IMG/VR virus record: IMGVR_UViG_3300028603_000017
Location: 160,001-224,000 of that record
DNA from: a virus
Taxonomy: Duplodnaviria; Caudoviricetes
Length of the DNA stretch: 64,000 bases
Direction: 5' to 3' (one strand)
The position numbers were made by a program, and so were the translations under genes. Under the pieces are notes generated by a model. That model ran no database searches and had not been told where the DNA came from. It worked only from the letters and a program-made list of their open reading frames with translations. Below, piece by piece: positions 28,491 through 38,212 of this stretch. Within the stretch, counting starts at the first letter, position 1. Each line of letters starts with the position of its first letter.

Positions 28491-29977
28491 AAAAAAGTAT
28501 TGTAAACATCAATTGGAATAATGTTTACAAATTTAGGTAGAGTATTACCAGCTTCATCTTGAGGTTTACCACAAGACGGACAATCGTAGCTAGGCACACC
28601 AATTAAGCTGATGACAGTATCATCAATATAGTCACGAATCTTTTTGATGAATTCTTCACGCACATAATCATCAGAAGACAAAGAACCGATAATAGCTTCA
28701 ATGGTTTCTTTCTTCTTAACTGTGTTGGTATCTATCTCGACTTCTTCTACCCAATGAGAGTATTGCTGTAAAGCTGAAGCTTTAGCGCTATTGAGAATAT
28801 GTCTATTTCTCTCATTGATATTGGTAGACTCACTAAAGCTGGCAGTAATTGTTTCAACAATACTATTAATCCAGCTAGTGCCTTCATTAATCCATTCTAG
28901 TGCAGTAGGTACTTTGAGTTTAAATGAGATTTCACTCTCATCCTTTTTGATCTTAACCAGACGAGGTTGGTTATTGAGCAGCTCTTTACGATATCTAATA
29001 ACGTCTTCTTCAGTTACAGAGCTGGCTGATCGATTGAGCATCAAAGATTTTTGCCAAGCATTTAAAGGCACTTTATTGATCCATAAAAGCTTGGATAGAT
29101 TAATAAGTTCAGTAGCAATATGGTTGCATTCGCCAGGATTATGCACACAAGCTCTAGAATATTTAAATCCATTAGGCCAAATAGCGCAAGCTATACCCCA
29201 AATTAAGATAGGCACATCATGAGAATAGATAAACTCACGGATGTCTTTATTGGTTTTGATGCTATAACTGTGAATATTGTTTAAAGCAAAATCTAATAGA
29301 CGATTGACAAAGAAAACAACTTGGTTACTGAAAGCCAAACCATAAGTAGCTCTGCCTAATTCTATCTTGTCTTGTGTAATTTGTCTATGTAGCTCTAGAA
29401 TTTCATTTTCACTAGGAGCTTTTAGTGTAACCCAAAAACCTGAGTGAAATAAAGGAATCTGAACATAACCGCCTAGACCAAAAGCTGCTTTGACCATCAT
29501 CAAAGCTTTTTCACCTTCAATTTCTTGATTAGAAACTGACTTTAGTCTAGAAGGACGAATACCTAGTTTATCACCATTGACTTCCAGATGTTGAACAAAG
29601 TCAGCATCTGGATCAGATAGCGGTTTGGTAAATTGAGAATCATAACTAGCAGTTTGTGCACCATGAGAAACGGTTTGTGCCCATTCTACAGTATCGTCTT
29701 CGTTATTGAGGACCTTACCTTCTAGTCTAGGAGGAATATTGTCATTGTAGTCAGATGGACCAATAACTGTTTCTAGTAATTCATGTTTAGATTCATCTAC
29801 GCTAGAGAAGATTTGTTCTTCTTGAGCAAACTTCTTGGTTTTAATAGGTAGGTCTAAAGGTTTAGACTCATTAACAGGTTGTTCTACAGGCGTAGATTCT
29901 TTAGATTCATATTGAATCTCATCTACTGGATCTGGAATAATGTCTTTATTTTCTTCACTCATTGGTTTGGCTTTCAA
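28448..29977 (-). CDS. conserved protein with C-terminal CxxC, baseplate-hub/tail assembly chaperone-like (phiKZ gp77-like by position)
   Basis: QIPLFHSGFWVTLKAP, C..NPGEC and CPSCG motifs. Confidence 0.65.
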   Translation of the reverse strand: MKAKPMSEENKDIIPDPVDEIQYESKESTPVEQPVNESKPLDLPIKTKKFAQEEQIFSSVDESKHELLETVIGPSDYNDNIPPRLEGKVLNNEDDTVEWAQTVSHGAQTASYDSQFTKPLSDPDADFVQHLEVNGDKLGIRPSRLKSVSNQEIEGEKALMMVKAAFGLGGYVQIPLFHSGFWVTLKAPSENEILELHRQITQDKIELGRATYGLAFSNQVVFFVNRLLDFALNNIHSYSIKTNKDIREFIYSHDVPILIWGIACAIWPNGFKYSRACVHNPGECNHIATELINLSKLLWINKVPLNAWQKSLMLNRSASSVTEEDVIRYRKELLNNQPRLVKIKKDESEISFKLKVPTALEWINEGTSWINSIVETITASFSESTNINERNRHILNSAKASALQQYSHWVEEVEIDTNTVKKKETIEAIIGSLSSDDYVREEFIKKIRDYIDDTVISLIGVPSYDCPSCGKPQDEAGNTLPKFVNIIPIDVYNTFFIPLVQRVIKITNR

Positions 29978-30518
29978 CAGTTATTTCTATAGCTTGTTCG
30001 GGTTGCTCTATAATAACTGCGTCAGATACAACATTAGGATCAGTAATACTTTCTTTGTTTTGTTCAGCCTGCACAATCTCTTGCACTTTAGCAACAGCTT
30101 GATCGTAGTGCTGTGTAATGGTTTGGACATTAGGCAGGATAACGCCTTCGAACTTTACCTTAAAAGAATTATAAGCTTCAATAAAGGTAAGAGATTGGAT
30201 AAAGTCATCGTCATCTACAGCTTTGCCAGACCTGTGTTTATGACCAGCAGCAATTTCTTCTAGCTCTTGATTCATTTGAGCAATATCTGCTTGCATACAC
30301 CGAATCAAATCAGCTGTTAGCTTAGGATTTTCCATGAAGTTACCTATCTTCTCTACTGAGAATAAATAAAGTATTTGTGCAGGTACTTCTTGGAGCATTG
30401 CTTTATTAGCACGATAAACATCCATGAGATCATCCCATGGATTAGCTTCTCTTTTAAATTGTTCTAATTCTTTTTTGGCTTCGTCTCTAGCAAGACGGGC
30501 AGCAGATTTTTTCGTCAT
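29955..30518 (-). CDS. hypothetical alpha-helical protein
   Basis: 187-aa ORF, coiled-coil-like. Confidence 0.7.
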   Translation of the reverse strand: MTKKSAARLARDEAKKELEQFKREANPWDDLMDVYRANKAMLQEVPAQILYLFSVEKIGNFMENPKLTADLIRCMQADIAQMNQELEEIAAGHKHRSGKAVDDDDFIQSLTFIEAYNSFKVKFEGVILPNVQTITQHYDQAVAKVQEIVQAEQNKESITDPNVVSDAVIIEQPEQAIEITVESQTNE

Positions 30519-30644
30519 TGAGGTTGTCCTGAGCTTAAATCATTTGAATAAATAAAAATAAGACTATTTATAATTAGTTGTAAATGGTCCTACACAATAA
30601 AAACAGGCTATATTTTTTTACTCTATTTACTGGGATAATTCATA

Positions 30645-31730
30645 ATGCGTGAAGAATTGGCAATGTTTGTCAACGATAATTATCCACCTGTTAAAGTAAT
30701 TGAATTTAACAGAGCTTTTGAGATATTTGACGACTACGGAATTGAAGACTATGATACGCCTTTCATGGATATGTTAGGTGTATTTGATAATTCAGACTAT
30801 TCTAGCTTTATTTCAGAATTTGAATCTAAGATATCTAATACCTTATTGTCTATCATAAAAGACCACGGCATTACTTTAGTAGAAGATATCCGTATTGATC
30901 AAATTAACAATATTGCTCAAGCTTTACTAGATATCCAATATTACGAAGATAAAGACTCTATTGCTAGAATACTAGAGACTCACTACGATGATGATCATGA
31001 AAAACTAGCTGAGTTATTAAATTTAGCAGTACCTGGCGATATCCAGTCTACTGCTATTTTGATTGAAGAGATGAATGATAATCTTTTTAATAAGCTAGAA
31101 CTCTATATATCTGATGCAACAACAGATTCATCTGAAGCTATAGAGTCGTCTGATTCTGACAAACTGATTATAGCTAACTTAAAGAACTACAGAAGCTTTA
31201 TTAATAGAGATGAAAAACTAATTGTCTTTAAAGTTATTGAAATGGGCTTTACTGTAGGTCTAGATTTTGATGTCTACGGCAGATATCTTAAGAGATATGT
31301 TCAAGATTTCTCAGATATCAGAAAAGCAGCTGAAGAATACTTTGCAACATTATTGGCTGCAAAACAAAGCCATAACTCTCCACTTAATTACTATAGAAAA
31401 ATTAGCTCTGAATATATTGATGATTTAGAGATAATCTCTAAAATGGATGTAGAGCTATCTAAAATCTATAATGAGTTTGATAAATTCAAAACCAAAATGA
31501 TTGAATTATCAGCTAATGTTAAAGAGTATTACTATTATGGGCCTACAGCTACTGGTGTGCCTGCTGGTCAATATGAGGGTAAAGCCTCAGGCTATGATGT
31601 GGTATTTAGATACAACGGTCAAGACTATGTGATCTCTAGCAACGAAAGAGGTGTTAAGGGTAAGGATATAGCTTGTACTGTCAAAAAGCATCCATCAGGC
31701 TACTTTACTGTGGAGTTCAATCGTGCATAA
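30645..31730 (+). CDS. probable virion protein (phiKZ gp79-like by position)
   Basis: 361-aa acidic ORF directly before the vRNAP beta-prime gene. Confidence 0.6.
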   Translation: MREELAMFVNDNYPPVKVIEFNRAFEIFDDYGIEDYDTPFMDMLGVFDNSDYSSFISEFESKISNTLLSIIKDHGITLVEDIRIDQINNIAQALLDIQYYEDKDSIARILETHYDDDHEKLAELLNLAVPGDIQSTAILIEEMNDNLFNKLELYISDATTDSSEAIESSDSDKLIIANLKNYRSFINRDEKLIVFKVIEMGFTVGLDFDVYGRYLKRYVQDFSDIRKAAEEYFATLLAAKQSHNSPLNYYRKISSEYIDDLEIISKMDVELSKIYNEFDKFKTKMIELSANVKEYYYYGPTATGVPAGQYEGKASGYDVVFRYNGQDYVISSNERGVKGKDIACTVKKHPSGYFTVEFNRA

Positions 31731-33033
31731 GTTAGAATACTTTATAAAAGCTATTAAAGCAAAGGCTTTTATTAAAAACCATTGGGTATTTACTTGTTTT
31801 TCTATTACGCATGAAAATGCTGATGATTACAAAAAAGATCCTTATCCTTACAGGCTAATACAAACACCTACTGGTTTTTTGTTTATTGATCCTGAAAACA
31901 ATAACGACTTAACACCAATAGAAGGTATTGTCAAAGGCTCTCCTGCTTTTACATTTCAAGACAGAATAGAGTTAAAAGCAAAAGATATTGATAATTTAGA
32001 TACCGATATCGTATCTACGACAGGTAATGTCTTATTTAACGTTATTTGTTTGGTCAATGCTTTTGGAGATAAAGTCAAGTATATCAACAAAAGAATTACA
32101 TCTATCAGATCTATAGAGGACATGATTGCTTCTAGAATTGAAGATACGCCTGAGGAGGGAGCTGTCAGAGATCCTAAGTACATTTATGTAGATGAATATA
32201 TTAAATTCGTAGATTCAGTATTTCATCTGACTAACTTTTCACAGTTGTGTGTATGGGGAGCTACGGAGAAAGTGATTACTCCTCCCCCAGGTATTGCTGA
32301 ATTCAAAGCCAAGGTAATTGAAAAGTACAAGGATTCTTTAACAGATTCTACTACTTTGGCTAGAATAGATAAAGAGCTCATTGAGTTTGATGCTAAATAT
32401 CTAGAAGGTGATCCAGGACTAAACTTCTTACTTTCTAGTAAATCTAGAAATATTGTTCGTAAGAAAAAGTACTTGTTCTACGGTGCTGAACCTGGTTTGA
32501 CTGATTCTGTTAAGCTCCAACCTGTATTAAACAGTCTAGATGAAGGCTGGGATCTTAAAGCTTTCCCACAGCTCAACGATGCTTTGAGAGCAGGTTCATT
32601 TAACCGTGGTGCACAAACTGAATTAGGTGGTGTGTCTGTTAAATGGCTATTAAGAGCATCGTCAAACATTGTTGTAGCTAGTAAAGACTGTGGAACAACA
32701 ATGGGTGAAGATATTCTAATTACACCTGAAAACCACAAAACTCTAATAGATTTTAGTATTGTGACTAAAGATGGTCCTAAGCTAATTGAATCAGAAGAAG
32801 AATCAGGCACCTATATTGGTAAAGTTGTTCGTATGAGAACACCTATGTATTGCAATATGGAATTAACTGATTATTGTGAGGTTTGTGTGGGTAAGAAACT
32901 AGGCAGAAACCCCACAGGTCTATCTTTGACGATTTCAGAGTATGGTTCAGCTTTCCTTGGGATCTTCATGTCTGCTGCTCACGCTAAGCAACTACAGCTA
33001 CAAAAAGCAGATTTGAAAAAGATTATCTCTTAA
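31723..33033 (+). CDS. virion RNA polymerase beta-prime subunit, middle/C-terminal part (phiKZ gp80-like)
   Basis: NSLDEG, RAGSFNRGAQTELGG (bridge-helix region), DCGT, RTPMYC...YCEVCVG Zn site, FMSAAH. Confidence 0.88.
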   Translation: MHKLEYFIKAIKAKAFIKNHWVFTCFSITHENADDYKKDPYPYRLIQTPTGFLFIDPENNNDLTPIEGIVKGSPAFTFQDRIELKAKDIDNLDTDIVSTTGNVLFNVICLVNAFGDKVKYINKRITSIRSIEDMIASRIEDTPEEGAVRDPKYIYVDEYIKFVDSVFHLTNFSQLCVWGATEKVITPPPGIAEFKAKVIEKYKDSLTDSTTLARIDKELIEFDAKYLEGDPGLNFLLSSKSRNIVRKKKYLFYGAEPGLTDSVKLQPVLNSLDEGWDLKAFPQLNDALRAGSFNRGAQTELGGVSVKWLLRASSNIVVASKDCGTTMGEDILITPENHKTLIDFSIVTKDGPKLIESEEESGTYIGKVVRMRTPMYCNMELTDYCEVCVGKKLGRNPTGLSLTISEYGSAFLGIFMSAAHAKQLQLQKADLKKIIS

Positions 33034-33062
33034 GTAAATATTTACATTAGGAAAAAATTAAT

Positions 33063-33830
33063 ATGGCTCGTAAACGCAAAGGAAAGACGAACATGTCTGA
33101 ACAAAATCAACCTGGTCAAGAAGATCAAAATCAAAAATCTACTCAAGAGCAAGAAACTCAACCTGTGGTAGACGAAGTAACTTTAGAAGAAGATATTGTA
33201 AAAGATCCTACATCTTTTATTCCTCCAGAAGTTATCCAAACTCCTGCTGCTCAAGAAGTTAAGTTGGGTTCTGTTGTACAAAACACCAATGCTCCTTTAG
33301 GTAAATCTGTAACTCCAGCTGCTGCTAAGAAGATTTTAGCACAGCCTAGTAAATCTGTAGCTCCTACTCTATCAGCTTGGGATCAACGTCTAGAAAATCT
33401 CCTGACCAATGGTTCTGTTTTTCAGCAATCTATGGTAGGGGTGCTAAAGCGCTATAATGACGAAATGCATCCTAATAAGCCTGTTGATATTGCTACTGCA
33501 CGCACTCAGCAAAGAGCACTGTACAATATCATCGTTAAGGTAATGGATACCGATGAGAACTTCCAAGATAACTGGAGGACTGTCATTGGTTTCTTTAGGG
33601 AATACAAAAAGTCTACTTATGGTGATAAGTATGTTAATCGGTTTATGGATCTTTTGAATAACTTCCGTGGTGAAGAAAGACAAGTATTTCAAAACCTATT
33701 AGCATTGCTTTCTATTACTGCTGGTCTAAATAACCACAAACAAGTTAGTAAGTACTATATGTTGGATAAAGGACTAGTTCCTCCTTTGAAACCAGCTTCT
33801 ATTCAAAGAGTGATTAACTACTACGCTTAA
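33063..33830 (+). CDS. conserved hypothetical protein
   Basis: 255 aa; disordered N-terminus and helical C-terminal domain; internal ATG at 33093 may be the true start. Confidence 0.7.
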   Translation: MARKRKGKTNMSEQNQPGQEDQNQKSTQEQETQPVVDEVTLEEDIVKDPTSFIPPEVIQTPAAQEVKLGSVVQNTNAPLGKSVTPAAAKKILAQPSKSVAPTLSAWDQRLENLLTNGSVFQQSMVGVLKRYNDEMHPNKPVDIATARTQQRALYNIIVKVMDTDENFQDNWRTVIGFFREYKKSTYGDKYVNRFMDLLNNFRGEERQVFQNLLALLSITAGLNNHKQVSKYYMLDKGLVPPLKPASIQRVINYYA

Positions 33831-33844
33831 AAAGCAACATAATG

Positions 33845-33870
33845 GCAGACAGGGATAATACCCTGTCTGC
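33845..33870. terminator. intergenic hairpin (CATA...TATG family)
   Basis: gcagacaggg/ccctgtctgc. Confidence 0.6.
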
Positions 33871-33900
33871 TTATGTTATTGTTTACGATTGGAAAAAATT

Positions 33901-34692
33901 ATGCAAATCCTCAAATATGGTTCTAGAGGTGAAGAAGTCAGGTTACTACAAAGAGCTTTGAATCAAATCTTACACAAATCTATTAAACCTGACGGTGATT
34001 TTGGTAAACTCACCGAAGAGCTACTTAGAGCTTATCAGAAAAAAGAAGGTTTAACTGTAGACGGCGTTTATGGTCAACAATGCTTTAATAAGCTAGATCC
34101 TTTTATTTCCTACAAGTATTTACGGATCTCAGATATTGATAAGGCTGCTAATGTAGCCAGACTACCTTCCAATATCCTCAAAGCTTTCAGAGTAGTAGAA
34201 GCTAAGGGTGATGGTTTCTTGCCTGATGGCAGAGTCGTTATTCTGTTTGAAAGACATAAGTTCTATCAATACTTGTCTTCTGCCAGAGGAAAAGCTTTTG
34301 CTGATGCTACAGTTAAAAAGCATCCTTCTATTTGTAATCCTGCCAGAGGTGGTTATCTAGGTAATGAAAAAGAATACATTAGGATAGAAAGAGCAGCAGC
34401 TATTGACCGCAATTGCGCTTTAATGTCAGCTAGCTACGGTTTATTCCAAATTATGGGTTTTAACCATAAGGCAGCAGGCTATAACGATGTTACTAATTAT
34501 GTCAAAGCCATGGAGGCAAATGAACATAATCATTTGGATGCCGTAATAAGCTTTATTAAAAAGAATAGAAACTTACATAACGCTATATTGGCTAAAGACT
34601 TTAAAAATATTGCTTATTATTACAATGGTTCAGCCTATGCTGAACATGGATACGACAAAAGGTTAAGAGATGCAGCAAGACAGTTTAGTTGA
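33901..34692 (+). CDS. modular endolysin: peptidoglycan-binding domain plus DUF3380-type N-acetylmuramidase
   Basis: LKYGSRGEEVRLLQ..L...DGDFG..T and DGVYG (PG_binding_1); VEAKG.GF, ILFERHKF, SYGLFQIMGFN, YNG..Y (muramidase). Confidence 0.9.
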   Translation: MQILKYGSRGEEVRLLQRALNQILHKSIKPDGDFGKLTEELLRAYQKKEGLTVDGVYGQQCFNKLDPFISYKYLRISDIDKAANVARLPSNILKAFRVVEAKGDGFLPDGRVVILFERHKFYQYLSSARGKAFADATVKKHPSICNPARGGYLGNEKEYIRIERAAAIDRNCALMSASYGLFQIMGFNHKAAGYNDVTNYVKAMEANEHNHLDAVISFIKKNRNLHNAILAKDFKNIAYYYNGSAYAEHGYDKRLRDAARQFS

Positions 34693-36055
34693 TACCAAAT
34701 CTTTAAAAGAAGTATTAACCATCATTACTATCAGTAAGTCTTTAATAAAAAGAAATGACTTATACGGCTTACCATATATTTGTCATTTAGCTGAATACAC
34801 TACCCAAAGATCTTGGTATAAGGCTTATAAAAATGCTGTCAATAAAGTAAAAACCAAATACTTCTTACTTATTGATGATAATGATAGTTTACCTGAACAA
34901 TTAGCTGTACCAGACGATGAATTCGGTATGGTCTATGGTGATTATTGGGTAAAAGAATTTAAGCGTGAATTCACCCGTCCTATACCTTTGTGGCATAAGC
35001 CAAATACTGATCATTCGCCTATACTGCTTAATAGACCTATTTTAAATACAGAAAAGACTAAAGCTATTCTATCTGTATTTAATGGGGATAACGTTATTAA
35101 CTCAGCCGTAATCTATCATTTAGTAAATAGATTATTTAAGGCCCAGTACAATAGTAAGCTTAAGATTGTTTGGAATAAAGACAAAACTGATAGCTTTTAT
35201 AAATACAGTAGAGAACTAATTAATAATACTTCTTCATTTATAAAGTCTGACATATCTCCTATTTTAAAAGCTTTCAAAGCTAAAAAAGAAGAGGATAGAC
35301 TAAATAGATTAACGCCTATTTCTGAGCTATCAGATAAACTAACGGTTGTAACACTATCTAAAGAACCCTTTACTAGAGACGATATAGGTGATCTACAATA
35401 CGTTAACTACAATAGCACTTTTGATAGTCTCTCAGGCTTTTTCCTAGCTATTAAGGCAGCAACACGTATGGTAAATACTCCATATCTTGTATTTGTGGAT
35501 GTGGACGATAAGATAGAAGACAGGTTAACTCTACCAAATGATGACGTTGGTTTGGTTTACGGTGACTTTTATTTAAGTGTAAATGATGTCGTCAAGCGTA
35601 TTTATACAGGTGAATTTTCTGAAGAAGTATTTGCCACTAAGCCATGGATGCTGCATAAACCTGTTCTAAATACAGCTAAATTCAGATCTGTAGTAGAAAA
35701 GATGCCGTTAGAAAATCTAGATATCCAATCTGTTCTTTACTACTTTGTAGCTAAGATATATGGCGCTCAATACAACGAAGATCTAAAGTTAGTCTGGAAG
35801 AAAAAGATTAGAGTTAATCCTGAGGCCAGACAAAAAAGACGCGAGCGTAACAATAGAAGAATAGATATCGATAGTTATCGTAGACAAAACTCTAAACAAA
35901 ACTCTAAAGAGCTGCCTGATAGTGATGAGCCGCTTCACTCAAAAGCTTTCAAAGTTAAGGATAAGTCCCTTACTTTCATTAAAGAAAACCAAGAAGCACT
36001 AATTAGATCTATTACTGGACAGCCAGCAAATCCTATAGAAATTACGTATGTTTAA
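34670..36055 (+). CDS. putative glycosyltransferase with two tandem GT-A-like domains
   Basis: Internal duplication, each half with T.Y..(L/F)xDxxD and G.VYGD motifs. Confidence 0.55.
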   Translation: MQQDSLVDTKSLKEVLTIITISKSLIKRNDLYGLPYICHLAEYTTQRSWYKAYKNAVNKVKTKYFLLIDDNDSLPEQLAVPDDEFGMVYGDYWVKEFKREFTRPIPLWHKPNTDHSPILLNRPILNTEKTKAILSVFNGDNVINSAVIYHLVNRLFKAQYNSKLKIVWNKDKTDSFYKYSRELINNTSSFIKSDISPILKAFKAKKEEDRLNRLTPISELSDKLTVVTLSKEPFTRDDIGDLQYVNYNSTFDSLSGFFLAIKAATRMVNTPYLVFVDVDDKIEDRLTLPNDDVGLVYGDFYLSVNDVVKRIYTGEFSEEVFATKPWMLHKPVLNTAKFRSVVEKMPLENLDIQSVLYYFVAKIYGAQYNEDLKLVWKKKIRVNPEARQKRRERNNRRIDIDSYRRQNSKQNSKELPDSDEPLHSKAFKVKDKSLTFIKENQEALIRSITGQPANPIEITYV

Positions 36056-36058
36056 GCT

Positions 36059-36610
36059 ATGTCTAATACAGATCTGAGTTTTAATAGAGATCGCTTAATA
36101 GGTATCTTTCTTAGGGTAAATAATCTATCTTCCAGTATATTGATTTCTGAGTTTGATGATCATTTTTACTTCGAAGATCCACTAGGGCTAGAAGTAGATC
36201 CCATTATCTCCTTCTATAAGAAGACACCTAATAAGTCCAGATTAGAAAAGAATACCAAGATATATGTTAGAACAAAACCTAGTTCCCCTTATTTTGGTAG
36301 GAAAAGAGTTAAGTACAACAGAATATCTGTAGCAGATATGCCTGAGATCATTATCAATATTGAAGATGAGACGACTACTCATGAACTCATTGATAAAATC
36401 AATGCTAAGTACAGACTGTATTTAACAACCCACGATATACAAGATACTCCTGTATCAGGTTCTGGTGATACATTAATAGATCTCGTATTTAAGCCTACTT
36501 CCTTGATCTTTAATGATCAGATTCTTATTAATTTAACAATTGATGGTGGTGACACATCTACAGTGTATGGTCCCCAAGACTATGTAGGTGGCTCAAACGC
36601 CTCAGACTAA
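36059..36610 (+). CDS. probable virion structural (tail-associated) protein, paralog of the next gene
   Basis: NT.(I/V)...Y.G.K...YNRI...IN.KY.LYL..DI pattern shared with 36588-37052. Confidence 0.6.
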   Translation: MSNTDLSFNRDRLIGIFLRVNNLSSSILISEFDDHFYFEDPLGLEVDPIISFYKKTPNKSRLEKNTKIYVRTKPSSPYFGRKRVKYNRISVADMPEIIINIEDETTTHELIDKINAKYRLYLTTHDIQDTPVSGSGDTLIDLVFKPTSLIFNDQILINLTIDGGDTSTVYGPQDYVGGSNASD

Positions 36611-37052
36611 AGGACTATTTATGGCAGATCCATATAACGCTAAAGATGTAATCCTAGAATACATCAGGAATAATGAAGGCTTAGACGTATATCTCGACGA
36701 TGTTGAGTTCTCTAACCCTGTTAAATCCCCTACCTCACCGATTCCCCTTAGAAACACATCCGTTACCATTACACCCACTACCATCAGTGGTTTTTATGGT
36801 AAAAAGATATTTCATTACAATAGAATCCATATTTCTGAGTTAGGTACTATTACAGTAGAAAAAGGCTCTGCTACCAACCATGAGCAGCTCCTACCTGCGA
36901 TTAACCTAAAATACGGTCTATACTTAGTGCCAGATGATATCATTAACCAATCTATATCTCCTATGCTCACAGGTGAAATAGAAGTAGATTTGGTAATTAA
37001 TCCTAATTCTTTAACCTGGTACGATGGTCCTATTATAGAGACTTCAGAATAA
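36588..37052 (+). CDS. probable virion structural (tail-associated) protein (ATG start probably 36621)
   Basis: Paralogous to the preceding ORF; AAGGA RBS before ATG 36621. Confidence 0.6.
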   Translation: MAQTPQTKGLFMADPYNAKDVILEYIRNNEGLDVYLDDVEFSNPVKSPTSPIPLRNTSVTITPTTISGFYGKKIFHYNRIHISELGTITVEKGSATNHEQLLPAINLKYGLYLVPDDIINQSISPMLTGEIEVDLVINPNSLTWYDGPIIETSE

Positions 37053-37065
37053 AATCAACATACGA

Positions 37066-37095
37066 CTCCTGTACTGGTATTAGCCAGTACAGGAG
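37066..37095. terminator. intergenic hairpin (CATA...TATG family)
   Basis: ctcctgtactgg/ccagtacaggag. Confidence 0.65.
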
Positions 37096-37099
37096 CTAT

Positions 37100-37940
37100 G
37101 ATGCTGAATTATTGAATATAAACTATATTTCTATTTTACTCGATTTAAACCATTTAAACTACTTACCCTACCCTACCCCTTATCTTCCTCATTTAATCGT
37201 CTCTACGAGCCTATAATCGCTTCCTAGATCCATCCCCTCATCCCACACCTTTCAACCTAGCTTCGCCCTCTATTAAAAGGTTTAACGTCTAGCGACGATA
37301 TTAAAACTATGTTAGTAGTTTTAATGGAGGAGCAGTTAAACCAATAGATATCAAAACTTTAGTTTTGTCTATCTCAATAGTTTATTTATTATTAGTAATA
37401 AGTATATTTATCGTCATAAATCCAGGTAGTTTCTTACTACCTGGATATGTTATTGGTTGATTTATTTAATAGTAATATAATTAGTGGTACGTAGTTAAAT
37501 TCTTATTTGTAATTTTTATATTTATTTTTAATATTACGTACCACGTCATTAGCTCTTATTATTAATGGGGGGCTTCGCCCCCCTTAGCGTAAGCTAATAG
37601 AGTTAATATTACTACTAATAACTAGTGTTATTAGTCTATATAAACTATTAGGTAGAATCTGAAGTTATGGAGTAACTGAAGATTATACTTATGTCTATAT
37701 ACTGGAGCATAGCGGAAGTATATCACTTATTCCTAAGATCTAGTACTGCCTAGTGCACAGGCCAAAAGTTTTTGTAATAAAACAAGACTAGACCCTGTGA
37801 GCTTCCAGCCTTAATAACTTCTGACATAACATATAAGGATAATAAAATAATTAATTACTTAAACTATTCTTAGACCTATATTACTAAAAGGAGTTAATTC
37901 TAAGAATTAACTAAACCTTTATCAATAAGCTCAGGAGTTA
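37100..37940. other. ~0.85-kb non-coding region with AT-rich tracts and many inverted repeats (candidate replication origin)
   Basis: No ORF; inverted repeats such as gtggtacgta/tacgtaccac around an A/T tract and ggggggc-ttc-gcccccc; C-rich skewed segment. Confidence 0.35.
37877..37884 (+). promoter_or_regulatory. early promoter motif TATATTAC
   Basis: Exact match to the phiKZ early consensus. Confidence 0.55.
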
Positions 37941-37945
37941 AAGTA

Positions 37946-38071
37946 ATGCAATCCAATACAGAAGTAGCTCCAGTAGGATCTATTGTACGTATGACTAGTC
38001 AGTATCCAGATGAAAGGAATTATATCTGGGTAAAGCAAGTTAATGGTTATTGGATAGATGAAGCTGTTTAA
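37946..38071 (+). CDS. small hypothetical protein (41 aa, not in the ORF track)
   Basis: AGGAG RBS; MQSNTEVAPVGSIVRM...WIDEAV; flanked by a promoter motif and a hairpin. Confidence 0.55.
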   Translation: MQSNTEVAPVGSIVRMTSQYPDERNYIWVKQVNGYWIDEAV

Positions 38072-38085
38072 AACATAAATAGATA

Positions 38086-38113
38086 CTCCCAGTAGGTATT
38101 AGCCTACTGGGAG
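38086..38113. terminator. intergenic hairpin (CATA...TATG family)
   Basis: ctcccagtagg/cctactgggag. Confidence 0.65.
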
Positions 38114-38145
38114 CTATGCTTGTCTAAATAAAATAGTTTCAGCCT

Positions 38146-38153
38146 TATATTAC
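38146..38153 (+). promoter_or_regulatory. early promoter motif TATATTAC
   Basis: Exact match ~60 nt before a gene with an AAAGGA RBS. Confidence 0.6.
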
Positions 38154-38212
38154 TAGGGTGATAACAATCTTTAGGTAAATCAACCAATCAGTGAAATAAA
38201 GGAAGAAGTATC

